Below are positions 1 to 11,740 of a stretch of 64,000 nucleotides of DNA, piece by piece. Every line of letters begins with the position of its first letter. Position 1 is the stretch's first letter. The stretch covers positions 320,168,001 through 320,232,000 of the forward strand of contig OZ024740.1 of the NCBI GenBank assembly GCA_964016885.1, written 5' to 3'. This stretch comes from Eledone cirrhosa. Lineage: Eukaryota. The notes under the pieces were generated by a model, which saw only the letters and a list, made by a program, of their open reading frames with translations, made no database searches and had not been told where the DNA came from. Both the position numbers and the translations under genes were made by a program.

Positions 1-5
1 CCAGC

Positions 6-3000
6 CTACAGGCGCATGATCAGAGTAGGCCCACTCACGCGGGCCATTCTCGCCACATTCACCCACCTTTCAGTAAATGTACTGGGGGGCAGCACTTCTC
101 TCTCCACCCTCACCTTCCTTTCCAAGTGAAACTTGAAGAAGTTGATGAGGGATTGGCCGAAGAGAAAAGTGTCTGTCTTCAGTCCTTTCAACCTGGTCCA
201 CCATGCAACCTCTTTCGCTACTGCCACCAGGCAGAGGAAAATTGCCTGCCCTTCCTGACCAAAAGAAGGCGGCGGGTCAATCTTCACTATGGACTCGGAC
301 GATAGCCGGATCCGTTCTACACGCGACAATAGCTGTTCGACATAACCCCACAAGTCAGCAATGCACGGACACTGGACGAGTGCGTGCAGAACGGTTTCGT
401 CGCTCTGCGCGCATCTCGGGCAGGTTCGTCTGACAGCACTTCCGTGCCTGTAGAGTTTATCCCGAACCGGCAGCGCCCCCCGGTAGCACTGCCAAGCGAG
501 GGATTTCTGGAAGTTATCCATCGTCCCCGGCTCGAAAGTCCTCCGGAACATACTGGTCAGTTCTACTTCGTTGACGCCCAGAGCCTCTCCTAGTACGTCA
601 TCGCACTTGCCCTCCACTAATCCTCTATAGAAATCTTGAGTGGAAGTTCCACTGACCGCATTGCCCACCTTGCAGAGTGCAGTGAGCGCCTGGCAACATT
701 CCAGATGCCAGTCGCCCAGTCTCGGTCTCTTCTTGACCCAGGACTGCAGCTCAGTCAAAGAGATGAGCTGCGGAAAGGCCCGTCTAACAAACGGCGACCA
801 CACCTGTTCACCGTTTAGGCAAAATATCTGGAGATGTCGCAGCCTCAGCGCATGTCTGCGCATCATTAGCCACGGCATGCCCAGCCCTCCACGAAGAGGG
901 TGCTGGCAGCAGATGGACCGCCTCACCAACGGGACCCGTCCCCTCCACAAAAATTTGAAAAGGAGCCGTTCCAAATTGGCGAGGCGTGGACGGGGGCAAG
1001 GCACGACGGTCAGGCGGTAGTAGATGACGGACGCGATGTACGCGTTCGCCACCTCCGCCCGCCCTTTCAGTGATAGCTTTCTCTCAGCCCATTTCTGGGT
1101 GAGGTTGGCTATCCTGCTCGTCACCTCGTCCCAATTCTTATCCACCTGGAGGTCTGGTCCGAACCAAACCCCGAGCAACTTTACCGGTCCGTCTGTCCAG
1201 CGCCCAACGACGCTGTTGGACGGCATGGACTTTCCTCTCCAGGTGCCGAGCTGCAAGCCCACCGACTTTTCCGGGTTAAGTTTTGCTCCCGTCAACCTTT
1301 CATATTCCTCCAAATGGGTGCGGATCACCTCGATTTCCGAGGTGTCCGACACCATCACGGTGATGTCGTCCGCATAAGCGGACGCAGCCTTTCTACGTCC
1401 CGGTTCGAGCGGGATGCCCTGCAACAACTCCAGCTTCCGCAGTAGAGGCTCAAGAGTCAATACGTACAGAAGTGAGGAGAGAGGGCACCCTTGACGGACC
1501 GATCGAGAGATCTGAAACGGTTCCGAGAGGTGGCCATTAACTTTGACCACCGAGCGGATGCCGCTGTACATTGCAGCGATCCAGCTTCTGAAGACGGGGC
1601 CGCAGCCAGCCGCCTCGAGGACAGCCTCCAAGTACCGATGGTCGACCCTATCGAATGCTTTCGATTGATCTAAATTGATCAGAGCCCCACCGAAGCCAGG
1701 TTTGCACCCAACCCTCTCTATGATGTATCGCATGAGGTGGAGGTTGTCGTGTATGGACCTGGTCGGGATTGCGCAAGTTTGCGCCTCCCCAACCAAATCT
1801 TTGACGACAAGCGCCAACCTTTTCGCTAACACCTTGGCCAAAATCTTAAACTCTGTGTTGAGCAGGGTTATGGGCCTGAAATTATCTAGTGTGTCCCTCT
1901 TGTTCTCGTCTTTCCTTATCAGCGTCACTACGCCACGGCTCACAGAACTGGGAATGCTCCCGTTCTGCTGCCAGTTGCAGTAGAGCGCTTCGAGGAGATC
2001 GGAGAACAAGTCTGGCATATTTACGTAAAGCTCGTAGGGCAGACCATCCAAACCGGGTGACTTGCGACTCGAGCAGCCGACAAGGGCGTCCTGAATTTCG
2101 GCTGATGTTATCGGCTCTTCGCAGCGCTCAGCGTCGGCCGTCGAGAGGCGTGGCAAGCCGTCGAGGTAGGGACTGAAGTCCGCCGCCGTCTCCGACTCAC
2201 CCATCCTCCCGAACAATCGAGCAAAGTGCTGGCGAAAGGCCTCACACATCTGCTTGGAATCGCTCAGTTCGTGTCCATCTCGATCCGTCAAAGACCGAAT
2301 TGTGGTTTTATTTCCACGCTGCGTCTCTGCAAAGCGAGCCCATCGGGCAGCTTTGGTTCCCTCGTTCCTCAGAGCACGCGCCTTAGCTCTGACAATGCAA
2401 CCTTCGTGTTTCGCATTGAAGAAATGGTCTAGTGCCATTCTCGCCGCTAGCACGTCTGTTGCAATGCCACTACAAATAGCCTCGTCTAACTTAGCTATCA
2501 GCCCCTCCTCCTTTCTATTTTTCTCTATTGCTACTTCTTTGCTAAATCCTATCGAGGTTGCTCTAATCTCTCTTTTGAGTGCCCCCCACCACCTGTTGTT
2601 GACAACCCCCCCTGTCAACTTTTTCTTAACTAAGTTGTTGACCCGGTCCCTGTAAGCTTTACGTGCCGGAAACGACATGTTTAGCTTCCAGTAGCTAGGT
2701 CCTAACCTACGTGTCTTATCTAGGTCGACCATACAGATCACAAGCTTGTGATCTGAATAGGCAACCGTTTTAAAATGTGGACATCCTACACTATTTCTAT
2801 CTCTTTTCCTAATGAAAATCCTATCTATGTACGATCTAGATGACCCTATGCGATTGGTCCAGGTCCATACTGGCGCATTAGGGAAATCTAGTCGGTACCT
2901 GTCAGACAGTTGAAACTGGCTGATCAGGTACTTGAGGCTTTTGCACCCCCCGCTCCTATCAGATACTCCCACACAATCCCAGCGTGCTTCTAAGATGCCA

Positions 3001-3425
3001 TTCCAATCCCCTATTAACAGTAAAGGGCGAGACGTAAGCAGAAAGTTTTCCAGGCGCCTAAAGAAGTCCGGCCGACCGGCCCCAGTAGGGGCGTAGACGG
3101 CCACCAGTCTAAAGGCACCACCTTCGCTATTGCTCACGTCCAGGACCACCAACTTTCCGTCAGGATCCCGGAAGATTGACCTTACCTCGAGATCCAGACA
3201 TTTCCTAAACAGCACAGCCACTCCACCTCCCATTCCCGGCCGACTAACAGATGCAAAGATCTGATAATCGTCGAAAATCGGCGCCAGTGCGCGTGTGTCG
3301 GAAATTCTGGTCTCGCTGATGGCAATTACATCCATTCCTAGTGACCTGAGGTCGTTGAGCATGTGACCTTGCTTCCAGGGCGACCCCAGGCCACGAACAT
3401 TTAAACTTCCTACTCTTATGGCCAT
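6..3425 (-). CDS. ORF2: APE endonuclease + reverse transcriptase + C-terminal Cys/His zinc finger (1139 aa)
   Basis: APE motifs LNVRG, ETR, VYAP, GDWN, YIDRIF, SDH; RT motifs KSPGLDG, NFRPITLLN, DQSKAFD, RQGCPLS, YADD; CPRC..HALVQC; uninterrupted. Confidence 0.95.
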   Translation of the reverse strand: MAIRVGSLNVRGLGSPWKQGHMLNDLRSLGMDVIAISETRISDTRALAPIFDDYQIFASVSRPGMGGGVAVLFRKCLDLEVRSIFRDPDGKLVVLDVSNSEGGAFRLVAVYAPTGAGRPDFFRRLENFLLTSRPLLLIGDWNGILEARWDCVGVSDRSGGCKSLKYLISQFQLSDRYRLDFPNAPVWTWTNRIGSSRSYIDRIFIRKRDRNSVGCPHFKTVAYSDHKLVICMVDLDKTRRLGPSYWKLNMSFPARKAYRDRVNNLVKKKLTGGVVNNRWWGALKREIRATSIGFSKEVAIEKNRKEEGLIAKLDEAICSGIATDVLAARMALDHFFNAKHEGCIVRAKARALRNEGTKAARWARFAETQRGNKTTIRSLTDRDGHELSDSKQMCEAFRQHFARLFGRMGESETAADFSPYLDGLPRLSTADAERCEEPITSAEIQDALVGCSSRKSPGLDGLPYELYVNMPDLFSDLLEALYCNWQQNGSIPSSVSRGVVTLIRKDENKRDTLDNFRPITLLNTEFKILAKVLAKRLALVVKDLVGEAQTCAIPTRSIHDNLHLMRYIIERVGCKPGFGGALINLDQSKAFDRVDHRYLEAVLEAAGCGPVFRSWIAAMYSGIRSVVKVNGHLSEPFQISRSVRQGCPLSSLLYVLTLEPLLRKLELLQGIPLEPGRRKAASAYADDITVMVSDTSEIEVIRTHLEEYERLTGAKLNPEKSVGLQLGTWRGKSMPSNSVVGRWTDGPVKLLGVWFGPDLQVDKNWDEVTSRIANLTQKWAERKLSLKGRAEVANAYIASVIYYRLTVVPCPRPRLANLERLLFKFLWRGRVPLVRRSICCQHPLRGGLGMPWLMMRRHALRLRHLQIFCLNGEQVWSPFVRRAFPQLISLTELQSWVKKRPRLGDWHLECCQALTALCKVGNAVSGTSTQDFYRGLVEGKCDDVLGEALGVNEVELTSMFRRTFEPGTMDNFQKSLAWQCYRGALPVRDKLYRHGSAVRRTCPRCAQSDETVLHALVQCPCIADLWGYVEQLLSRVERIRLSSESIVKIDPPPSFGQEGQAIFLCLVAVAKEVAWWTRLKGLKTDTFLFGQSLINFFKFHLERKVRVEREVLPPSTFTERWVNVARMARVSGPTLIMRL

Positions 3426-3454
3426 GCTGGCAGGATGAATGGGAGAGGAAAGGT

Positions 3455-5365
3455 TTACTTACCTTCCGGGGTCTTGTGAAGGTCGGGTGGTTCGACCTCC
3501 ATGGTTTGTGGGGTTTCTTTTGGGAACCCCTTTAATAGTCTTGACGTGGGTTTTACGTTCGGGGTTCCCACATCCCGAGGAAAGCTCTTTCGAATTTCTT
3601 TGTATGAAGCGAGCGACATTCGCATCAGAAGCAAATTATCTGGTACGCGAAATGTGCTCGCTTCAAATGTTTCCCCGTCTTTTTCGATGTTTGTGCTTCG
3701 TGCTACATGGGCCATCAATTCCTTGTTGGCCCTTCTGGCAAGCACGAAGTTTTTAATGTTTTGTTGCTCAGGTTTTATTTGTTCGTGTGATTGTGGTGGT
3801 GATAGCTTTGTTAGTGTTGTTTCTATTGTGTCTGCGTTTGTTGTGGGTGGGGTGTCTGTAGTTTCTGATGTTTGTGTGTCTATTTGTTCTTGTGTCTGTT
3901 TAGCTTGTTTGCGTTTGGGGGATTTTGGTGGTTGTGTTGGTGATGCTGTGGGGAAAATGTTTGTGTGGGTGGTGTGTGTATTTTTTTTTGTGGGGGTGTT
4001 TGTGCTTTGTGGATTTCTTTTTTTTTTGTGTTTTGTTTTTTGTATTTTGGGGGACTTTGGTTTTCCCTCATCTTCACTGCTGGAGGATGAGGGGTCTGTG
4101 GCTGTGAGCGTGTTTGTGTCTGAGTGAGTGTTTATGTTCTTGTTCGTGTGTGTATTTTGGGGGGGAGGGGGAATGGGAGAGCTTTCCTCGTTTCCCCCCT
4201 GGGTGTGCAATTTTGGTGGTTCCATTGTTGACGGTGTTGCTGGTGGTCCTTGTCCCGGCGTCGCCAGCAGTGGAATCTTTCGACCCCTTGCGCTTTTCGG
4301 CAGTTGAGGGCAGAAGGCTCGCAAGTGTGTCGTTTCCCCACAAAGGAAACAATGCGGCCTTTTGCCCTCAGTCATTATATGCAACACCCTCCCGTTTTGG
4401 AGGCGGATGTGGTCCGGGATTGTTTTTACGTTTTCGGGTCTGATTTGGAGCAGTATCTCCAGATCAACCCCGGACCAGTCGTCCCTGGCAGTTCTCGTTG
4501 CCTCTACCGGGACTGTATCCGTTCCTTCCACGATTACGCAACCCAGGAGCCACCACATATCAAGTCCTGGTGGAATCCTGGGAATGCGCACACGTGCTAT
4601 TCGTTTTCCCATGTGGGAGGGGTACATTATGACCTTGCTGGTTTTGCAAGGGGTCATTGAATGCTTCACAGCGAGGGCTTCAGACTTGAACAGCACCGAA
4701 ACGGTGCCGTATTGCCTGCCCCTCTCTATGAAGTCTGTGTCCTCTCTGATGTATTTCAGTGCGGCTTCTATGTCAGCTTGGGCGATTATCGCTGCCCTCT
4801 TTGTCTCTACTGAGATGCATCTGAAATGCACCGTTCTTTTTTCCACTGCCTCAATGGCTTCTGCCGGGACAGTTAAGTTTGCCCAGGTCTGCTCTTGATT
4901 TATGATTTTCCAGGCCTGGGCCAACTTTTCCTCTCTGTTGGTTAAGTCGATGCTGTAGCATGGTCTCCTTTTAGCCGCTGCCACAGCAGCGAAAGTGTTC
5001 TTGTTGGTGTTGTCACTGTTGTTGTTCTTGTTGGTGTTGCTGCTGCTATTGCTGTTGTTGTTCTCCCCTGTGTCGTGGTTACCTTCTGTGCTGTTGGCCT
5101 TGTTGGTGCTGCTGCTGTCGCTACTATTCCTCTCTGTGCTGTTCGTTTTGTTGGTGCTCTCGCTATTACCACCTTCTGCGCTGTTCGGCTTGTTGGTGTT
5201 GGTGTTGTCGCTGTTACCACCTTCCGCGCCGCTCGGCCCGTTGGTGCTGGCACTGTCGCTGCTCACATTCGTGCTGGTGGCGCTCCTCGCCTCACCTCTC
5301 CTCTCAACGCTCAAGTCGCCGTTGCACGACAGCAGACCCGCCTCTAGGGGGCGTGGCTCCGCCAT
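3455..5365 (-). CDS. ORF1 gag-like nucleic-acid-binding protein (636 aa)
   Basis: CFLCGETTHLRAFC CCHC knuckle; N/S/T- and K/P/T-rich low-complexity tracts; lies upstream of ORF2. Confidence 0.9.
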   Translation of the reverse strand: MAEPRPLEAGLLSCNGDLSVERRGEARSATSTNVSSDSASTNGPSGAEGGNSDNTNTNKPNSAEGGNSESTNKTNSTERNSSDSSSTNKANSTEGNHDTGENNNSNSSSNTNKNNNSDNTNKNTFAAVAAAKRRPCYSIDLTNREEKLAQAWKIINQEQTWANLTVPAEAIEAVEKRTVHFRCISVETKRAAIIAQADIEAALKYIREDTDFIERGRQYGTVSVLFKSEALAVKHSMTPCKTSKVIMYPSHMGKRIARVRIPRIPPGLDMWWLLGCVIVEGTDTVPVEATRTARDDWSGVDLEILLQIRPENVKTIPDHIRLQNGRVLHIMTEGKRPHCFLCGETTHLRAFCPQLPKSARGRKIPLLATPGQGPPATPSTMEPPKLHTQGGNEESSPIPPPPQNTHTNKNINTHSDTNTLTATDPSSSSSEDEGKPKSPKIQKTKHKKKRNPQSTNTPTKKNTHTTHTNIFPTASPTQPPKSPKRKQAKQTQEQIDTQTSETTDTPPTTNADTIETTLTKLSPPQSHEQIKPEQQNIKNFVLARRANKELMAHVARSTNIEKDGETFEASTFRVPDNLLLMRMSLASYKEIRKSFPRDVGTPNVKPTSRLLKGFPKETPQTMEVEPPDLHKTPEGK

Positions 5366-5577
5366 GTTTTTTTGAGAAAAAAATTATTATTTTTTTTTTC
5401 AAAATAAAGTTCAAATATTTGGGCCAAAAGGCCCAAATATTATGAGTTATTCCTTCACAGGATACAAATTAATGTCTTATAATGCTTCAGCGGTACAAAA
5501 AATAAACAATTCTCTACAATTAATCCTCAAAAATTGCTTACTCACGGAGCTTCAAAAAACGTACATCCACTTTCGTC

Positions 5578-5601
5578 AATAATAATAATAACAACAATAA
5601 T
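5578..5601. repeat. (AAT)n/(AAC) microsatellite joining the head of Tx1 copy A to the tail of copy B
   Basis: aataataataataacaacaataat. Confidence 0.9.
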
Positions 5602-5851
5602 GATTTCTTTATTAACCACAAGGGTTTACATAAAGTAGACATTAAGGACAGTGCAGGACAATACAGGACGGTACAAATGGGCATTTCTGCGTGTAAAAAA
5701 CAAAAACAGAGGATGTAACAAAAAATAACAATGAAAAATTCCCCAATAGGGGGGAGACTTCGGAGGGACATTTGTGGAGAAAGCCCAGTAAAAGGCCACA
5801 ATGACCCTGACCACCAAGGCAAGTGCCCTCTCCCAGTTTTCCACCTTTAAT

Positions 5852-8800
5852 TTACAGATATATACTCAGAGTAGGCCCATTCACTCGGGCCATTCTTGCT
5901 TCTCTCACCCATCTTTCAACAAAATGCTGGGAAGAGAGCACTTCCCTCTCTACTCTGATTTTCCTTTTCAAATGAAATTTGAAAAAGTTAATCAGGGCAT
6001 CACCGAAGAGGTAAGTGCTCGTCTTCAGCCCTTTCAAACGTATCCACCATACTATCTCTTTCGCCATGGCCACCAGACAGATAAAAACTGCCTGCCCTTC
6101 CCGGCTAAAGGAAGAGGGCGGGGCAATCCTCACGATGAACTCAGCTGATAGCTGGATCCGTCCTACACGTGACAGCAGGTGTTCGACATAAACCCACAAG
6201 TCAGCAATGCTCGGACACTGGACGAGTGCGTGCAGGACGGTTTCGTCGCCCTGCGCGCATCTCCGACATGCTCGGCTGACGGCACCTCCATGCCTGTAGA
6301 GTTTATCCCGAACTGGCAAACTCCTCGGTAGCACTGCCAGGCCAGGGATTTCTGGAAGTTGTCCATAGGCCCCGGCCCGAAAGTCCTTCCGAAGATATTG
6401 GCTAGTTGATTTTCGTCGACGCCTAGAATTTCTCCAAGTACGTCGTCGCTCTTCCCCTCCACTAATCCTATATAGAACGCCAAGGTGGAGTTTCCACCGA
6501 TCACATTGCCCGATTGGTCGAGGGCTGTGAGCGCCTGAAGACATTCCAGTCTCCAAGCGCTCCCTCTCGGTCTTCGCTTGACCCAGGACTGCAGCTCCGT
6601 CAAGGAGACGAGCTGGGGAAAGACGTGTCTAGCAAACGGCGTCCACACTTGATCACCGTCGAGGAAGAGGTGGAGATGTCGTAGCCTGAGCGCATGTCTG
6701 CGCATCATCAGCCACGGCATGCCCAGCCCTCTACGTAGCGGGTGTTGACAGCAGATGGACCGCCTGACCATCGGAGCGCGTCCCTTCCACAAAAAGCGAA
6801 AGAGAAAACGCTCCAGCGCAGTCAGGCGGGGCTTAGGACAAGGTACGATGGTCAGGCGGTAATAGATGACGGACGCGATGTACGCGTTAGCCACCTCCGC
6901 TCGACCTTTCAGGGATAGCTTCCTCTCCACCCATTTCTGGGTGAGAGAAGCCACCCTGCTCGTCACCTCGTCCCAGTTTTTAACCGTCTGGAGGTCCGGA
7001 CCGAACCAGACCCCGAGCAATTTAACCGGTCCGTCCAGCGCCCGACGACGCTGTTGGACGGCATGGACCTGCCTCTCCAGGTGCCGAGCTGCAGGCTTAC
7101 TGACTTTTCCTGGTTGATCATTGCTCCTGTCACCGCTTCGTATTCTCTTAGTGTAGTGCCGATCGCCTCGATGTGTTTGGCGTTCGACACCACTACGGTG
7201 ACATCGTCCGCATATGCTGACACGGATCTTCCGCATCCTAGTTCACGCGGGACCCCCCTCAACGTCTCCAGTTTGTGCAGTAATGGCTCGAGAGTCAATA
7301 CGTACAAGAGGGACGAGAGGTGACATCCCTGGCGGACCGAACGCATGATGTTGAACGGTTCCGAAAGGTGACCGTTCACTCTCACCACAGAGCAGATGTC
7401 GCTGTGCATGGCAGCGATCCAGCCTCTGAAGACGGGCCCAAAGCCAGCTGCTCTCAGGACTGCCGCTAGGTAACGATGGTCGACCCTATCGAAAGCTTTC
7501 GACTGATCTAAATTGATCAAGGACCCACCCGTGCCAGGTTCCCTAGCTACCCTCTCTACGATGTATCGCATGAGGTGGATGGATCTGTCGGGAATGGTGC
7601 ATGTCTGCGCCTCTCCCACCAGACCACCAACGACAAGCGCCAACCTCTTTGCTAGCATCTTGGCCAAAATTTTGAACACTGTGTTTAGCCGCTTCTCGGC
7701 TCACAGAGCTGGAAATTCTCCCGTTCTGTTGCCAGTTGCAGTAGACGTCCGCCAAGAGGTCTCCGAACAAGTCTGGCATTTGTACGTAAAGTTCATAGGG
7801 CAGACCATCCAAACCAGGCGACTTACCCCTTGTGCAGCCAGTCATTGCCTCCCGTACTTCAGCGGCTGTTATCGGCTTTTTGCAACACTCCGCCTCAGTG
7901 GGCGAGAGCCGCGGCAGTCCGTCGAGGTAGACACTAAAGTCCATCCCTCGATCCGGCCCGCCGCTGCCCCCGAACAGTTGAGCGAAGTGTCGCTGAAATG
8001 CTTCACACATTTGCCCGGGATCGAGTAGCATGCGCCCGTCGTGGTCCACCAAAGACCGAATCGTGGCTTTGTTGCCACTACGCGCCTCCGCCACTCGGGC
8101 CCATTGAACGGCTTTCCTCCCCTCGTATCTGAGAGCACGCACCCTATCTCTGACAACGCAGTCTTCGTGCTTTGCATTGAAGAATTGGTCAAGAGCCAAT
8201 TTCGCCGCAAGTACGTCGGTCGCGATGCCTTTGCTAAGCGCCTCGTCAATTTTCTAACTAATTCTACCTCTGCTCTATTTTTCTCTATTGCTAAAGCCTT
8301 ACTAAACCTAATGGACTCTATTCTAATTGCTCTTTTCAGAGCAAACCACCACTTGTTGTTGACGATGGCCCCCGTCAACGCCCGCATAACTAGTTCGCTA
8401 ATCCGGTCTCTGTAGGCCTTGCGCGCTGGTAAGGACGCGTTTAGCTTCCAGTAGCCGGGTCCTCGTCTATGAAGCCTATCTAAGTCAAGCCCACAGATCA
8501 CGAATTTGTGGTCCGTGTAGCTGACTATCTTGAATTGTGGACAGCCAATACTAGACCTATGTATTTCCCTACAAAATACTCTATCTATATATGATCTGGA
8601 TGACCCTATGCGATTTGTCCAAGTCCACATTGGCACATTCAGGAAATCCAATCGGTACCTGTCAGACAGTTCAAAACGCCTGAGCAGGTTGGTGAGGCTT
8701 TTGCACCCTCCTCCCCTATCCGCTGATCCCACACAGTCCCAGCGTGCATATAAGATCCCGTTCCAGTCGCCCACTAACACTAAAGAGCGGGACGTTCCAA

Positions 8801-9189
8801 GAAAGGTCTCCAGACGCCGGAAGAAATCAGGCCGCCCTGCTCCTGTCGGGGCATAGACGGCCACTAGCCTGAAAGCTTGCACGTCTCCGCTGGTCACGTC
8901 CAGCACTACCAACTTACCTTCTGGGTCCAGGAAGATGGCCCGTATGGCGAGATCCAAACCTCTCCGAAAAAGCACAGCAACTCCTCCCCCCCGATCCCGG
9001 ACGGCTGGGAGATGCGTACACATCGTAGCCGCCGAAGATCGGTGCGAAGGCCCGTACTTCGGAGATTCTGGTCTCGCTGATGGCCACTACATCTATGTTT
9101 AGTGACCTGAGGTCATTGAGCAAGTGGCCCTGCTTCCATGACGACCCCAAGCCACGCGCATTTATGCTGCCTATTCTGAGTGAGGTCAT
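5852..9189 (-). pseudogene. Disrupted Tx1 ORF2 (APE-RT-zf) of copy B
   Basis: Consecutive ORF fragments collinear with copy A ORF2 (GDWN, YTDH, YADD, CRRC..HALVQC). Confidence 0.9.
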
Positions 9190-9875
9190 GTTGAAATGGA
9201 GTGGAAAAGATGGGAAAGACCACTTACCTTACTTCTCGTAGAGGAAGGATGGTTTCTCCATCCCTTTTCACTTGATCGTCTGGTGAAGGAACCGTTGAAT
9301 CGTCCCTTCGGCTGGGGTCGTCGGTGAGTATATCCGAATATACTCTCCGGTTGAGTGTCCCTCTTAGGTCTCTGAAATCACCAACTGCGTTGGGGAATTT
9401 CCTTTTAATGTTTGTGTATTGCTTCTGTGCTATTCGTACCAGTCTTATGTTCGTTGGTGTTTTGATTGGTGCTGGTATTATGTAGTCGTGCTGTGAAATG
9501 TCTGTGTATTCAATTATGTAAGTCATTAGTTTCTTGTTGTGTGTATTTATTGCTGTGCATTTGTTTTTCTGGGGGTGCGGTGTGGTTCTGATATTTTCTT
9601 GTTGTTGCAGGGTGTATGTGTTTTGTTGTGTTTGCGATGTTGGTGTTTGTGGTGGTGGTGTTGAAGGTGTTGTTGTTGTTGTTGGCGGTGGGGTTGCGCC
9701 GGTGGTGATGGTGGTGCTAGTGTGGGTGGTGATGGTGTTGCTGCTGTAAGTCTCTTTGCAGTAGCCTTTACCCTTTTTTCATTTCTTTCCTCCCTTTTCG
9801 AAGCCACGCGCATTTATGCTGCCTATTCTGAGTGAGGTAATGTTGAAATGGAGTGGAAAAGATGGGAAAGACCAC

Positions 9876-11482
9876 TTACCTTACTTCTCGTAGAGGAAGG
9901 GCGGTTTCTCCATCCTTTTCACTGCTTGTGGCCTCCTCAGGAAGGATGTCCTTATAAATCCTCCTGGAGAGTGTTTGTAGGAAGTCTCCGATGTCTTTGA
10001 GGAATTTTTGTTTTAGTGTCGTGTACGTTTTCTGTGTGATGCGAGTGATTTGTATATGTGGCGGTGGTGTGAACTTTTGGGTTGTTGTGTAGTCTTTTTC
10101 TGTGATGCTGGTGTTGTGGTGGATGTAGTGTAATAATTGGTTGTTGTTCAAATTTAATGCTGTGTAGTGTGTATGGTTTTGGTTGTTTTGTTTGCGTTTG
10201 TTGTGGGTTTGTTTCTGTTTCGCTTTTTGGTGACTTTTGTGGTGTAGGTGATGGTGGTGTTGGGGTTAATGATGGTGATGGTGTTAGTGTTTGTGGTGAT
10301 GGGGTTGGTGATGCTGGTGTGGATGGTGGCATATCTGTCCTAACTTTTTTGTTTGATAATTTATTTGTTTCCCTCTGTATTTTGTTTTTGGAGGGGGAAG
10401 GAAGAGAATTTTTTCTTTTTGGGTTTCTTTTTTTCTTTTTTCCTGATACCGTTTCCCACTCCTCGTCGTCACAATCTGTCTCCAGTTGTGATAGACCGGG
10501 GAGTGGAAAATCCTCCACAGGCGTTAGTTTTGGTTGTGGCGTGGTGGATGGTGTAGGCGCTGGTGCTAGTTCTGAAGCGTTGGGTGGTGGTGGTGTTGGT
10601 TTTGCTACTGTTGCTGGGGTTGTTGCTGTTACAGTTGCTTCTGTTGTTGCTGCTACAGTTGTTGGTGCCATCTCTGCTGCTGGTGGTTTTGATGGTTGAG
10701 TCACTGGGGTGGGTAGGAGAGGTGGCCTCAACCTTTTAGCCTGAGGGCAGAAAGCCCTTAGGTGGGTTCCTTCACCACAAACGACCCACCTAGGCCTTCT
10801 GCCCTCGACAATTACGGTGAGGTGGCTGCCGTCAGTGAGGATCTCCTCAATGCTTTTTTGGTCCGCTTGGATCAGGAGTTCCATCCCAGATCCGGACCAA
10901 TTCTCCTGCTTTTCTTTCGCTATTTCGATTATCTTGGTGTTGGCTTCGATGCTGGCGAGGACGGCAGCTATTAGCCAGGGAATTTCGATGGCCGGTGGAA
11001 CGTGGGTGACCCTGATCTTTACGAGTCTCTGGCCACAATAGCTTGGGACGAGTGTGAAGTCGTCACTTCTTAATGGGGCCATGGAGTGTTCTCTAGCCTC
11101 CTGTGGTGTTTCAAAGAACACGTCCACGGTTCCATACTTCTGCCCACGTCTGATGTGGGGTTTTTTTGCCCACACATGTACCAAAGCTTTTTGGATTTGG
11201 GACTCGGATGCCCGTTCCACTCGGCGCGATTTTATATTAATTGTTCGATAAGACACGCCGATGCTCCATTTTATTAGGTGGGGGGGGGGTGAGGCTAACC
11301 CTGAACCCATCTTTAACAACTGCAGTCATTGGTAATGGCGGGAAATGAATGTCTGCCTGAGACAAATTTAAAATATTGCTACTGCTTATATTTTTATTGT
11401 TGGCAAACGTAGTAATATTTACAATGGTGGTGTCGGTGTGAGGTTTTAGTTTGTGAGAAAGGAGTGACTCTGAGTCAGCCAT
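9876..11482 (-). pseudogene. Frameshifted Tx1 ORF1 of copy B
   Basis: GRRPRWVVCGEGTHLRAFC (degenerate knuckle); RRGQKYGTVDV motif shared with A and C. Confidence 0.85.
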
Positions 11483-11740
11483 GATGCTTCAAAGAAAAGT
11501 TTTTGTTTGATAATTATAAAAGTTTAAATTTTGGGCTCAAGGCCCCAATCTTTTTGGGTGTCCTTTTCAGATAACAATGTAGGTGCACTTATATACAGTT
11601 AACAATAAAATTTTCCATGAATGGCAATTTTGAACAACTGAAAATAACAAACCTTTGCGGAGCTCACGAAGATACGATTTACTACGTAGGTCGCCAATAA
11701 TAATAATAATAATAATAATAATATTAATAATAATAATAAT

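Larger units (their letters stand above)
1..5577 (-). mobile_element. Tx1-clade (L1-group) non-LTR retrotransposon, copy A, both ORFs intact; 3' UTR runs off the window start
   Basis: 5'UTR-ORF1-29 nt spacer-ORF2 layout; 5' end abuts the (AAT)n run at 5578-5601. Confidence 0.93.
5602..11695 (-). mobile_element. Tx1 copy B, full length, frameshifted, with an internal chimeric ORF1 duplication
   Basis: ORF2 pieces 5852-9189; ORF1 pieces 9224-9800 and 9876-11482; AATAAA near the 3' end; (AAT)n on both sides. Confidence 0.92.

Noticed and set aside
3427-3462. 36-nt GT..AG micro-intron fusing ORF1 to ORF2 in copy A
   Set aside because: The junction would be out of frame with ORF2, and the AG before the ATG is absent in B, C, D and E.
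203-5375. Plus-strand ORFs antisense to Tx1 ORF1/ORF2, recurring in several copies
   Set aside because: Expected shadows of conserved coding sequence and trinucleotide tracts; no independent motif.
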